52,240 nucleotides of DNA from Candidatus Zhuqueibacterota bacterium. GTDB taxonomy: Bacteria > Zhuqueibacterota > Zhuqueibacteria > Oceanimicrobiales > Oceanimicrobiaceae. The translations under genes and the position numbers were made by a program. The stretch covers positions 1 through 52,240 of the forward strand of contig JADFPY010000001.1 in NCBI GenBank assembly GCA_022562085.1. Direction: 5' to 3'. Below the pieces are notes generated by a model. That model had not been told where the DNA came from, made no database searches, and saw only the letters and a program-made list of their open reading frames with translations. Position 1 is the first letter of the stretch; each line of letters opens with the position of its first letter. Below, piece by piece: positions 26,991 to 36,401 of the stretch.

Positions 26991-27714
26991 TCCCCAAGAG
27001 TACCGTATGCTAAATCGCGAATCCACAATAAAGTTAACCAAAGAATATTTTATTCAACAGAGCGAATTATACGGTAAAGAATTTTATGCAGATTTAGAAT
27101 TCCCTATTGCGAAAAAAGGCGCTGGGCTTGAAACGCTCGGTGAATTTAATCATGATATTCAGAATTGCCTGAAGTGTCAACTGTCGAAATCAAGAACCCA
27201 GGTAGTATTTGGGGCGGGCAATCCGCAAGCAAACCTGATGTGCGTTGGGGAGGCTCCTGGTTACGAAGAGGATAAACAGGGCGAGCCTTTCGTTGGCGCA
27301 GCCGGTCAGCTTCTCGGTAAAATTTTGGCAGCAATCGGATTTAACCGCAAAGAAGTTTACATTGCCAATATCGTTAAATGCCGCCCCCCCGGCAATCGCG
27401 ATCCTGAACCTGAAGAAGCAGCTGAATGTTTGCCCTACCTAAAGAAACAAATTGCCATGATTCAGCCAAAGCTTATTTTAGCTTTAGGACGTGTAGCCGC
27501 TCAGAATCTGCTGGCTACTCAGCAATCCCTCGGCAGTTTGCGTGGTACTGTCCAACAATTTGAAAATATCCCGGTGGTTGTTACCTATCACCCGGCGGCG
27601 CTTTTGAGAAATCCACAATGGAAGCAGCGGACTTGGGAGGATGTCCAAAATCTTCGGAAAATTTATGATGAAACCGTTGGCGATAAACCGCCCATTCAGC
27701 CTAAGAATTCATAG
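26980..27714 (+). CDS. Uracil-DNA glycosylase, family 4
   Basis: GEAPGYEEDKQGEPFVGAAGQLL motif, Cys residues (CLKCQL, KCRPP), and HPAALLRNP. The start may be the internal Met at 27007. It overlaps the coaBC end by 11 nt as listed. Confidence 0.85.
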   Translation: MQFNPQEYRMLNRESTIKLTKEYFIQQSELYGKEFYADLEFPIAKKGAGLETLGEFNHDIQNCLKCQLSKSRTQVVFGAGNPQANLMCVGEAPGYEEDKQGEPFVGAAGQLLGKILAAIGFNRKEVYIANIVKCRPPGNRDPEPEEAAECLPYLKKQIAMIQPKLILALGRVAAQNLLATQQSLGSLRGTVQQFENIPVVVTYHPAALLRNPQWKQRTWEDVQNLRKIYDETVGDKPPIQPKNS

Positions 27715-27719
27715 TTAAG

Positions 27720-29108
27720 ATGAATCAGAAGAAGGAATCCCAAAAAGAAACCGTTATCGAGCGAATGCCGCCGCAGTCGATTGAAGCGGAAATGGCGGTT
27801 CTGGGCTCCATGCTTATTGACAATGAAGCGGTCAGCAAGGCGATAGAAATTTTGGACGAAACTGCATTTTATCGTTCGGCTCACCGGAAAATCTTTCAGG
27901 CGGCTGTTAAGCTTTTTGAAGCGCAAGAGAAAGTTGACATGCTGACCGTTTCTAACCAACTGGAAAAGATGGGATGTTTGGAAGAAGTCGGCAGCGCTTA
28001 TTTCTTAACGGAATTGGTCAATCAAGTACCTTCGGCAGCCAGCGTTGAGCATTATGCAAAAATAGTCTTAGAAAAATCTTTATTAAGAAAACTAATCAGC
28101 GTTTCGACCGAGATTGCTTCCGAAGCTTACGAAGCCAGGGAAGACGCGGTTGAGCTGATTGACACCGCAGAACAAAAAATCTTCTCTTTGTCTGAACGAA
28201 AACTCCGCAAAGGTTTTTTGTCCATCGATCCGATTTTACACGACACGTTTGAAATTATCGATGGCTATCATAAAAGAAAAGGAAGTGTTACCGGTATCCC
28301 AACCGGTTTCAGGGAGTTAGACAAGTTGACTTCCGGTTTTCAAAACTCCGACTTGATCATTGTGGCGGGTAGACCCTCGATGGGGAAAACGGCGTTTTGT
28401 TTAAATATCGCCCGCAATGCGGCTGTAAAGCACCGGATACCGGTGGGAGTGTTCAGCCTGGAAATGTCAAATACCCAGTTGGCAATGCGCATGTTATGTA
28501 GCGAAGCACGAGTGGATTCCCATAAGGTAAGAACAGGTACGTTGCCAAATAACCAATGGTCTGATTTAAGTAAAGTTGTGGGAAATTTATCCGATGCTCC
28601 AATTTATATCGATGATTCGGCCGCTTTGAGCGTTTTGGAAATCCGCGCGAAAGCAAGACGTTTAAAAGCTGAAAAAGACGTTGGGCTTTTAATTATCGAT
28701 TACTTGCAGCTCGTTAGAGGTCCAAAATCCTCCGAGAGCCGTCAGATCGAGATTTCTATGATTTCCCAATCTTTGAAAGCGCTTGCCAAGGAATTGGAGG
28801 TTCCGGTGGTGGCACTTTCGCAATTATCTCGTGCCGTGGAATCGCGCGGGGGAGACCGAAAACCGATTTTATCCGATCTTCGCGAATCCGGCGCTATCGA
28901 GCAGGACGCAGATGTGGTGATGTTTATTTACCGACCGGAGGTCTATGGCCCGGTGGAATTCCCAGGTCATGCTGAGATAATCATTGCAAAGCAACGAAAC
29001 GGCCCGACAGGGAAGGTTGAACTGCACTTTCATAAAGAGTATGTTCTATTTGCTGATTTAGACAAAACCGGCCGCAAAGAATTTGCTGTTGTCGAAGAGG
29101 CTTATTAA
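27720..29108 (+). CDS. dnaB: Replicative DNA helicase DnaB
   Basis: PPQSIEAEMAVLGSML, Walker A AGRPSMGKTAF, IIDYLQL, and SQLSRAVESRGGDRKPILSDLRESGAIEQDADVV. Confidence 0.97.
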   Translation: MNQKKESQKETVIERMPPQSIEAEMAVLGSMLIDNEAVSKAIEILDETAFYRSAHRKIFQAAVKLFEAQEKVDMLTVSNQLEKMGCLEEVGSAYFLTELVNQVPSAASVEHYAKIVLEKSLLRKLISVSTEIASEAYEAREDAVELIDTAEQKIFSLSERKLRKGFLSIDPILHDTFEIIDGYHKRKGSVTGIPTGFRELDKLTSGFQNSDLIIVAGRPSMGKTAFCLNIARNAAVKHRIPVGVFSLEMSNTQLAMRMLCSEARVDSHKVRTGTLPNNQWSDLSKVVGNLSDAPIYIDDSAALSVLEIRAKARRLKAEKDVGLLIIDYLQLVRGPKSSESRQIEISMISQSLKALAKELEVPVVALSQLSRAVESRGGDRKPILSDLRESGAIEQDADVVMFIYRPEVYGPVEFPGHAEIIIAKQRNGPTGKVELHFHKEYVLFADLDKTGRKEFAVVEEAY

Positions 29109-29111
29109 ACA

Positions 29112-31304
29112 ATGGAAAACGGGTACAAAAAACCTTTTCAGGACTTGCTGAGAAGACACCGGCGGTATACGACTTACAACGATACCGTTTTGATCACTCG
29201 TGCATTCGATTTCAGCTTCGATGCTCATAAAGATCAGCTGCGTAAATCCGGTGCGCCTTATTTTGAGCATTGTTTTGAGGTCGCCAAAATTTTGACCGAC
29301 CTGAAAATGGACTCAGTGACGATTGCCAGCGGCTTTCTTCATGACGTTGCCGAAGATACGGGTTATACCATTGAGGATGTTTCCGAAGCCTTTGGCGCCG
29401 ATGTCGGGCTTTTGGTGGATGGTGTGACTAAAATAAGTGAACTAAAATTCGACAGCGTCGAAGAACGGCAGGCTGAGAATTTTCGCAAGATGATCATTTC
29501 CATGGTTAAAGATATTCGGGTCATTTTGATCAAGTTTGCCGACCGCCTGCACAATATGAGAACACTCGAGTTTTTGCCTAAAAAAAAGCAAGAGCGCATT
29601 GCTATTGAAACGCGCGATGTTTATGCACCTTTGGCACACCGCCTGGGAATCGCTAAAATCAAATGGGAACTGGAAGACCTGATATTAAAGGCCTTGCATC
29701 CTGAATCTTATTGGGAATTGGTCAAAAAAATTTCTGATAAAAGGGAAGAAAGAGAACGTTACATTCGGAAAGTAACGAATCCTATTCGAAAAGAGGTTCG
29801 CCAGGTAAAAATAAAAGCCACGATTACCGGCCGGCCAAAGCATTTTTATAGTATTTACGGTAAAATGCACAAACGTAAACTACCTTTTGAACAGATCTAC
29901 GACCTGCTGGCGATTCGAATTATTGTAGAAAAAGTCGAGGACTGTTATTTTGTTCTCGGGATTGTTCATAACCTCTACGCCCCGGTTCAAGAACGGTTTA
30001 AAGACTACATCGCAACGCCTAAATCGAATTTTTATCAATCCCTGCATACAACAGTAATAGGCCCTGACGGCAGAATGGTTGAGATTCAGATTCGCACAGA
30101 TGAAATGCATCGAACGGCTGAAGAGGGTATTGCTTCACATTGGCGTTATAAAGAAGGAGAGCAGAAAGAAAACGAGCTCGACAAGTATTTGTCCTGGCTG
30201 AGGCAGATGATAGAGTCACAACAAGAGGCAAGCGATGCTTCAGAGTTTATGGAGAACCTGCGCATCGAGCTTTTCAGAGATGAGGTCTTCGTCTTTACTC
30301 CGAAAGGAGATTTGCTGAGACTGCCGCTTGGTTCTACCACCGTTGATTTTGCCTTCGCTGTTCACACCGACGTTGGCTACCATTGTATCGGGGCAAAAGT
30401 GAATGGGAAAATGGTGCCGATCAGGCATGAGTTAAAAAGCGGTGATTCCGTCGAAATTATTACTTCGCCAAATCAAAAACCGACCCCGGATTGGATTAAC
30501 TTTGTTAAGACCTCTAAGGCAAGAAGCAGAATCAAACGCTGGTTAAAGGAATCGTTCTATGAGCAAAGTTTGAAGTTGGGCGAGGAGATTCTAACCAAGA
30601 GTCTTAAAAAATATGGTATCAAAAAAGAGTTTGATTTGAATGAGATAGCCCAGAGTTTTAATTTTCAAAAAGCCGAACAGCTTTTTGCTGCAATCGGATG
30701 CGGCGATACATCGATTCAGACCGTCATGAATCGGATTGCTCCGGAGGAAAGAGTTGAGATCAAAGACACGTCGGTCCTGCAGAGATTCATAAAGAGAGCC
30801 CGGGGTTCAGCTAAGGGTATCAGGGTTCAGGGCTTGGATGAGTTAATGATCAAGTTTGGCGGTTGCTGTCATCCTGTTCCCGGGGATAATATTTTAGGCT
30901 TCATTACCAAGGGCCGGGGTATTGTGGTCCACCGCAGCGATTGCAGGAATATTATTAATTTGCTTGCGAATCCCGACCGAAAAATCGATGTTGAATGGGA
31001 TGTTGACAAGGACAAGCATTTTATGGTGCGGCTGCAATTGGTAGGGGGAGATAGGAAGCATTTCTTGCGCGATGTGTCTGATTCCATTTCTCAAACAGAC
31101 ACCAACATAGTCAGTATAGATATGAAAGTTGAGGATACCGTTGTCAATAGTAATATTATTCTTGAAGTTCGGAATTTACAACATTTAACCAGGATTGTTA
31201 AAAAAATCAGTCAAGTGAAAGGAGTGATGAACGTAGAAAGATTAAATGGTACGGGTGAAAAGATATCTGACACGAGCGCTTTTGTGAACCAGGATTCCAA
31301 ATGA
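29112..31304 (+). CDS. rel: Bifunctional (p)ppGpp synthetase/hydrolase (RelA/SpoT homologue)
   Basis: HD hydrolase domain (GFLHDVAEDT), synthetase domain (RPKHFYSIYGKM, YQSLHTTV, EIQIRT), plus TGS and ACT-like C-terminal regions. Confidence 0.95.
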   Translation: MENGYKKPFQDLLRRHRRYTTYNDTVLITRAFDFSFDAHKDQLRKSGAPYFEHCFEVAKILTDLKMDSVTIASGFLHDVAEDTGYTIEDVSEAFGADVGLLVDGVTKISELKFDSVEERQAENFRKMIISMVKDIRVILIKFADRLHNMRTLEFLPKKKQERIAIETRDVYAPLAHRLGIAKIKWELEDLILKALHPESYWELVKKISDKREERERYIRKVTNPIRKEVRQVKIKATITGRPKHFYSIYGKMHKRKLPFEQIYDLLAIRIIVEKVEDCYFVLGIVHNLYAPVQERFKDYIATPKSNFYQSLHTTVIGPDGRMVEIQIRTDEMHRTAEEGIASHWRYKEGEQKENELDKYLSWLRQMIESQQEASDASEFMENLRIELFRDEVFVFTPKGDLLRLPLGSTTVDFAFAVHTDVGYHCIGAKVNGKMVPIRHELKSGDSVEIITSPNQKPTPDWINFVKTSKARSRIKRWLKESFYEQSLKLGEEILTKSLKKYGIKKEFDLNEIAQSFNFQKAEQLFAAIGCGDTSIQTVMNRIAPEERVEIKDTSVLQRFIKRARGSAKGIRVQGLDELMIKFGGCCHPVPGDNILGFITKGRGIVVHRSDCRNIINLLANPDRKIDVEWDVDKDKHFMVRLQLVGGDRKHFLRDVSDSISQTDTNIVSIDMKVEDTVVNSNIILEVRNLQHLTRIVKKISQVKGVMNVERLNGTGEKISDTSAFVNQDSK

Positions 31305-31371
31305 AGTTTATTTAGTTTCGGATCAACTAATAGGTTTGAGGAAATAAGGATAAGTATTTAAAGAGAGAGGA

Positions 31372-31698
31372 GTGGATTTCATGAAAAAAACCATTACTAA
31401 AAAGGATGTTGCTAAAAGAACCGCTAAATTAGTAGGCGAAAAGATTTATCTGGCTGAACGAATCGTAGATGGAGTTTTCACATCACTGCGGCAGTTTATG
31501 GCTGAGGCTGACCCGGAAGTTAGAATTGAAATTCGCGATTTCGGAGTTTTTGAAGTAAAAACAACGAAGCCGAAGCCAAAAGCCCGTAATCCCAAAACCG
31601 GTGAAATTATCTATGTTCCTGCTCGTCGAAAGACTCATTTTAAGGCAGGCAAACTTTTAAAAGATGTTTTAAAAACACCACTGGATCAGATTAAATAA
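31372..31698 (+). CDS. HU/IHF-family DNA-binding protein
   Basis: IEIRDFGVFEVKTTKPKPKARNPKTGEIIYVPARRKTHFKAGKLLKD is the beta-arm signature. The start may be the ATG at 31381. Confidence 0.85.
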   Translation: MDFMKKTITKKDVAKRTAKLVGEKIYLAERIVDGVFTSLRQFMAEADPEVRIEIRDFGVFEVKTTKPKPKARNPKTGEIIYVPARRKTHFKAGKLLKDVLKTPLDQIK

Positions 31699-31705
31699 TT
31701 TATGA

Positions 31706-31742
31706 ATCAGAACGTGGTTAGACTTTGGTTCTGATGATTTTA
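31706..31742 (+). terminator. Hairpin terminator after the HU/IHF gene
   Basis: ATCAGAAC (31706-31713) pairs with GTTCTGAT (31728-31735), followed by GATTTTA. Confidence 0.45.
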
Positions 31743-31767
31743 ACTAAATATTCGATCTAATCTGAGG

Positions 31768-32196
31768 ATGGGAAGAATTTTAGGCATTGATTACGGCAAA
31801 AAGAGAATTGGATTGGCAGTTAGTGATCCAATGAGGAAAATTGCACAAGGCCTTCCTACCATTGAAAATTGCAGCCTTCCCGAAGTATTCACCGAGTTGG
31901 AAAATATCATAAACAATCAGGAAGTAATTAAAATTGTGGTCGGTTTCCCCATAACGATGAAAGCTGAGGTGGGTAAAGCAGCCCAGGTCACTGATAAATT
32001 TGTTACGGCTTTAAAGAGTCGATTTGAGCTACCTACAGTGGTTTGGGATGAAAGGCTCACAAGTGTTTTGGCCAAACGTACGATGAAAGAGTATGGAAAA
32101 TCACCAAGTAAAAACAAAAGCAAAGTCGATGAAATAGCAGCTATTCTTATTTTACAAAGCTATTTAGATAGTATTTTGCATAGTTCTATGGATTAA
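31768..32196 (+). CDS. ruvX: YqgF/RuvX putative pre-16S rRNA nuclease (Holliday-junction-resolvase-like)
   Basis: MGRILGIDYGKKRIGLAVSD..., WDERLTS, and ILILQSYLD. Confidence 0.9.
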   Translation: MGRILGIDYGKKRIGLAVSDPMRKIAQGLPTIENCSLPEVFTELENIINNQEVIKIVVGFPITMKAEVGKAAQVTDKFVTALKSRFELPTVVWDERLTSVLAKRTMKEYGKSPSKNKSKVDEIAAILILQSYLDSILHSSMD

Positions 32197-32214
32197 AGTT
32201 GGCTGAGAATATAA

Positions 32215-33246
32215 TTGATGTTGCGAAAAACCCTAACCTGTATTTTGATTTTAACCGTAAATATTATTTGTGTTTCTGCCCAAAACAATCTTTTTATAAC
32301 TTTAAGTCATGTAAAAGCTCGTCCGTTAGCGATGGGTGGCGCCTTTACGGCAGTTGAAGGTGATCTGGCAGCGATCAATTTTAACCCCGCGGCATTTTCG
32401 CTTTTTGAAGTAAAAAAATCAAAACGCTTCACATTTTTTTTGAACCCAGTCGCGCCGATTATTGGGACCATTGAAAACAAAATGTTATTTCAAGGCAGTG
32501 GTTCTAAGATTGACGATTATTTGTTTTCGCTGGGCCTTCTTTTAAAATCCATTTCTCTCTCTCTTGGATCAATCGATTTCAGCTTTTTGCTTAGTGAGGA
32601 GAGCTTAAATTTACCTGACACCTTTGTTGATGAAAAATTCTTTAGAGTTTCAGGATTTCGTCAAAATCATTCGCACACCTTTGCTGCTCGTTTAAAACTC
32701 GCAGATAGAGTTTCCTTGGGCGGTTCCGCCAGCGTTTTGTTCGGAAGCCAGGAAGCTGACCCCTTAAAACGCGAGAGAGGATTTGGTTTCAGTTACGGAA
32801 TTTTGTTAAAACCCGAAAAAGGACTAAACATTGGGGTTTCTTTTTTTAATATGCCGGATTCGTTGAAAGAATTTAGATTGCAAAGCGAAAGAATCGTCGA
32901 CGAGTCCGTTAATGTTGGTGTATCTTATCAGCCTTTTAGCGGCACTCAGCTTTCACTCGATGTTCGAAACCTGGGGGAAGAGGGTTCAGAAGCCGTGCGG
33001 GAATTTCATTTTGGGCTTGAGCAGGTCATATTTTCACATATAGCAATTCGTGTAGGGTATTTTTTTAAGGGGGATGGCGACAACGTTTTTAGTGGAGGGG
33101 TTGGCCTTTTCGACTGGAATACTATTTTTGATTTGGAGGATGCTTTTAGCCATCGAAATTTTGTGCTTAATTATGCGTTTGTTTATGAAGAAACCGGAGT
33201 GACCATCGACCGTAGGCATTTTCTGTCTTTTTTGCTGAGATTGTGA
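32215..33246 (+). CDS. Predicted outer-membrane beta-barrel, a distant paralogue of the 22616 PorV/PorQ-like protein
   Basis: Signal peptide ending VSAQN. The motif ARPLAMGGAFTAVEGDLAAINFNPAAFS parallels GSRSLGMGSAYVAVARDVSAGYWNPAGLA in the other protein. Beta-strand periodicity throughout. Confidence 0.5.
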   Translation: MMLRKTLTCILILTVNIICVSAQNNLFITLSHVKARPLAMGGAFTAVEGDLAAINFNPAAFSLFEVKKSKRFTFFLNPVAPIIGTIENKMLFQGSGSKIDDYLFSLGLLLKSISLSLGSIDFSFLLSEESLNLPDTFVDEKFFRVSGFRQNHSHTFAARLKLADRVSLGGSASVLFGSQEADPLKRERGFGFSYGILLKPEKGLNIGVSFFNMPDSLKEFRLQSERIVDESVNVGVSYQPFSGTQLSLDVRNLGEEGSEAVREFHFGLEQVIFSHIAIRVGYFFKGDGDNVFSGGVGLFDWNTIFDLEDAFSHRNFVLNYAFVYEETGVTIDRRHFLSFLLRL

Positions 33247-33313
33247 TATTCGTTCACTGCTTAGTCGCTTACAATCCGGTGGAACTTTGAAGATCATAAT
33301 AAGTTAGTATGAG

Positions 33314-33946
33314 GTGCTCTTTAAAAAACAGACAATACTGATCGGCTTCTTATGGCTCATTGCAAGTCTTTCAAATCGTTGTTTGGCTCAAGAAAGCAAT
33401 TTTCAGTTTATTTCAAGTTTGACAGACAGCTTATTGGATCTGGCTACGACTCAAATACCTGGTGAAAAGACAAGTCAAGCTATTCTTAGAGGTTTAGAAG
33501 ACAACAACATAAACTGGTTTTTTGAAGATAGACTTGTAGAGTTATTAAAACGAAAGAATATAGCTCATATTTATTTTGAAGATCAAGTTGACAGATCACG
33601 TGGTTCTGTGAATTCATCCCTGACTTTTCAATATAAAGTATCGAAACTGGACGTTAAATATAACAAGCAAAGCAGGAATTCAAATAGGGTTAAAAGAATT
33701 GCTGAAGTTGGCTTTTTTTTGAGAATTATTCAACATGCCACGGGGACGGTTTTATTGAGTAAAAACTTCGAAGCAACGAAAGAAGGGTGGCTTGATGTAA
33801 ACCAGGAAAATTTGCAACAGACAAAAGATATTCAATTTAACCAGGGTCAACCAAAACAAAAAAAAAGAAATATCCTTCAACCGATATTAATTTCAAGTAT
33901 TACTGGCATTATCGTATATTTGTTTTATGGATTGCGGAGCCGATAA
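33314..33946 (+). CDS. Hypothetical exported protein with C-terminal TM helix
   Basis: GTG start. N-terminal signal (ILIGFLWLIASLSNRCLAQ). C-terminal hydrophobic helix (ILQPILISSITGIIVYLFYGL). I recognise no family. Confidence 0.45.
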   Translation: MLFKKQTILIGFLWLIASLSNRCLAQESNFQFISSLTDSLLDLATTQIPGEKTSQAILRGLEDNNINWFFEDRLVELLKRKNIAHIYFEDQVDRSRGSVNSSLTFQYKVSKLDVKYNKQSRNSNRVKRIAEVGFFLRIIQHATGTVLLSKNFEATKEGWLDVNQENLQQTKDIQFNQGQPKQKKRNILQPILISSITGIIVYLFYGLRSR

Positions 33947-33979
33947 ATTTGAAAAGAATAAGTGATTTAAGGTAGGTGA

Positions 33980-34801
33980 ATGATAGTTAATTTAACAAAG
34001 CATTGGAAATGGTTACTGATCTTAATAATAGTTCAGTTCGGATGTAAATCCTACAACGTGAAACCCAATCTCACAGCAGAAAAGCGAATTGAGTTAGCAA
34101 GGGTGATGTTTAAGAATAAAGATTATGTTGAGGCTAAAACTCAATATAAAATTTTGACCTTGAATAATCCCGGGCTACAATTTATTGATGAAGCGCAGTT
34201 TTTTTTAGGTGAATGTCACTTTAATATAAAAGAATACATACTCGCTGCGGACGAATATAGTCGTTTGACTCGTTTGTACCCGAGGAGTCCCTGGGTTGAC
34301 GACGCCTATCTTAAGATTGCACTCTGTAACTATAAACTCTCACCGAAGCCCGCTTTAGATCAAAAATATACCAAATTAGCCGTTTTGCATTTTTCAGCAT
34401 TTATTGAGGATTACCCCAATAGCGAGTTAGTACCCGAAGCTGAACGCCTGCTGAAAATATGCAGAACTAAATTAGCTGAAAAGGAATTTATGGCCGGTGT
34501 GCTCTATCGAAAATTAGATATTAATTACGCAGCGCTTGTATATTTTGATAGCGTTTTGGAAAACTATTATGATACAAAATTTGCCAGAGATGCTTTATTT
34601 TTAAAAGGTGAAAGCTTGTATGAGTTAGATCGAAAAATTGAGGCAGATGAAGCCTTTAAAGAACTTATTTCTAAATATCCAAAAAGCAAACATGTGATTC
34701 GAGCGAAAAGGCGTATTAAAGAAATCAGATCAGAAGTAGCAAAAGTACGTAAGGCAAACGGCATTTCTCCTTCCGGCAAGCAACAAAAAAAACAACCATG
34801 A
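33980..34801 (+). CDS. bamD: Outer membrane protein assembly factor BamD (YfiO, TPR lipoprotein)
   Basis: Lipobox-like LILIIVQFGC. TPR-type repeats (AKTQYKIL..., EAQFFLGECHF, DDAYLKIALCNYK, ALVYFDSVLENYYDTKFARDALFLKGES). Confidence 0.8.
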   Translation: MIVNLTKHWKWLLILIIVQFGCKSYNVKPNLTAEKRIELARVMFKNKDYVEAKTQYKILTLNNPGLQFIDEAQFFLGECHFNIKEYILAADEYSRLTRLYPRSPWVDDAYLKIALCNYKLSPKPALDQKYTKLAVLHFSAFIEDYPNSELVPEAERLLKICRTKLAEKEFMAGVLYRKLDINYAALVYFDSVLENYYDTKFARDALFLKGESLYELDRKIEADEAFKELISKYPKSKHVIRAKRRIKEIRSEVAKVRKANGISPSGKQQKKQP

Positions 34802-34808
34802 GATTAAA

Positions 34809-35390
34809 TTGAAGATCGGCTTGTATGGTGGCACGTTTGATCCAATTCACACCGTCCATTTATTAATTGCTCAATATATCGGCGAAGAGTTAAACCTTCA
34901 AAAAATAATTTTCATTCCTTCCGCAAGCCCTCCACATAAAAAAGTCTATGCAAAGCCTGAGCATCGTCTTCGAATGGTTCAACTTGCTATCTCAGACAAT
35001 CCTGTATTTGAATGCTCTGATTTTGAAATTAAGACGGAAGGAACATCTTTTAGTGTTGACACTATCGGAGAGCTTAAAAAGCAGCTTGAAATGGATAAAC
35101 AAAATCTTTTTTGGATAATTGGTTCTGATAATTTTGTAGATTTTCCGAATTGGAAAGATCCGGGTAAAATTTTTGACTTATGTAACCTTGTGGTTTTTCC
35201 AAGAAACGCTGATGATTTTGAGAGGGCTCCAAAAGAATATCGGGAACAAACGCTCTACTTAAAAAACACGCCATTATTAGATATTTCCTCTACCCGAATT
35301 CGTTCCTTAGTCGAGGAAAAACGCTCAATTGAATATTGGGTTCCGCCTGCTGTCGAAGCGTTTATTCACTCTGAAAAACTTTATGTTTAA
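34809..35390 (+). CDS. nadD: Nicotinate-nucleotide adenylyltransferase
   Basis: GLYGGTFDPIHTVHL (HxGH-type motif) and ISSTRIRSLV. TTG start. Confidence 0.92.
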   Translation: MKIGLYGGTFDPIHTVHLLIAQYIGEELNLQKIIFIPSASPPHKKVYAKPEHRLRMVQLAISDNPVFECSDFEIKTEGTSFSVDTIGELKKQLEMDKQNLFWIIGSDNFVDFPNWKDPGKIFDLCNLVVFPRNADDFERAPKEYREQTLYLKNTPLLDISSTRIRSLVEEKRSIEYWVPPAVEAFIHSEKLYV

Positions 35391-35513
35391 ACGTAATAAT
35401 AATAGTAGATTAGAAATCAGAATACCTGCTTTTTGTTTCCAGATTTCAAACGTAAAAAAGACTTGCTTTTCTATGACTAATACATTATTTTTTGAGAAAA
35501 AATCAGAACAGCA

Positions 35514-36181
35514 ATGGTATATTGGACTTCATTTCATATTTTTAAATTTATTATAAAAATATTTTTTCGCGGGAAGTGCTACAACAGAGAAAATATACCG
35601 AAAAATGGTCCATTCATCGGTATTATTAATCACAGCAGTTTATTTGAGATACCGGCTGCTTTAACGTTAGCTTTTAAACACCGGGCAGCAACAATGGTGA
35701 AGCATTCGTTGTTTTCTGTTCCTGTATTGGGTTGGTGGTTAAATGCAGTTGACATGTTAGAAATGAAAGCGATGATGAATCTTTTAAGTGGGCATTAAGT
35801 CTATTGAAAAAGGGACGTGTCGTTTTTATGGCGCGGGAAGGAACAAGAAAATATGATCCAGGAAATCCGCCTCGTGCTCGTACAGGTTTCGTGCGGTTAG
35901 CCCAGGAAGCAGATTGTCCGGTTGTTCCAATAGCTGTTGCAGGGACAAGAGAAGTCCTGCCGCCGGGAGGCAAAATTCCCTCGATTTGTTAAGGTTACCG
36001 CAAATGTAGGCAAAGAAATCCGATTTAAAAAAGTGAACGCTAATTTAAAAACCGTGCTAAACTCCAGGAGCAAGCAACCCAAGCAATGAGGGCAATCCAT
36101 CAGCTTAAGGATGATCTTTTGACGAAATATAATTATTGGATTTCAACAAGTATTTTTTATTTGGATGCTTTTGATCAATAA
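35514..36181 (+). pseudogene. 1-acyl-sn-glycerol-3-phosphate acyltransferase (PlsC/LPLAT)-like gene disrupted by at least three frameshifts
   Basis: The homology path changes frame three times. Frame A runs to about 35753 (ENIPKNGPFIGIINHSSLFE...VPVLGWWLNAVD). Frame C covers 35756-35980 (VRNESDDESFKWALSLLKKGRVVFMAREGTRK...CPVVPIAVAGTREVLPPGGKIP). Frame A resumes at 35982 to about 36050 (RFVKVTANVGKEIRF...). Frame C covers 36056-36181 (LQEQATQAMRAIHQLKDDLL...). The catalytic blocks are also degenerate: NHSSLFE in place of HX4D, and MAREGTR in place of FPEGTR. Confidence 0.7.
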
Positions 36182-36199
36182 ATCATTTTGGAGGATTTG

Positions 36200-36385
36200 A
36201 TGAACAGCAAGGGTATCAACAAAAATGAAACACTAAAAATAAGACTATCTGGATACAATCCCGACGATGATATTGAAGATTGGGCAGAAGACGATGAATG
36301 GGATGATGAACACGAGGATGACCTCGATGAAACCGAGGATAATGGCGAGGATGATGATGTTAATTTTGAAGAAGACTGGAATTAG
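36200..36385 (+). CDS. 61-aa hyper-acidic Trp-containing small protein
   Basis: SD GGAGGA at 36190-36195, then ATG at 36200. 26 of the last 41 residues are D/E, with three W in acidic contexts (EDWAEDDEWDDE...EEDWN). I recognise no family. Confidence 0.5.
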   Translation: MNSKGINKNETLKIRLSGYNPDDDIEDWAEDDEWDDEHEDDLDETEDNGEDDDVNFEEDWN

Positions 36386-36401
36386 CCTGATTCGATAAGT
36401 T

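Noticed and set aside
35329-35556. 75-aa + strand ORF spanning the nadD 3' end and the leader of the acyltransferase pseudogene.
   Set aside because: It overlaps nadD in another frame. The AT-rich translation has no family features and probably reflects the decayed region.
35740-36060. Programmed ribosomal frameshifting as the explanation for the broken plsC-like gene.
   Set aside because: Three separate frame changes in both directions with no recognisable slippery heptamer or pseudoknot context. Degenerate catalytic motifs favour decay or sequencing error.
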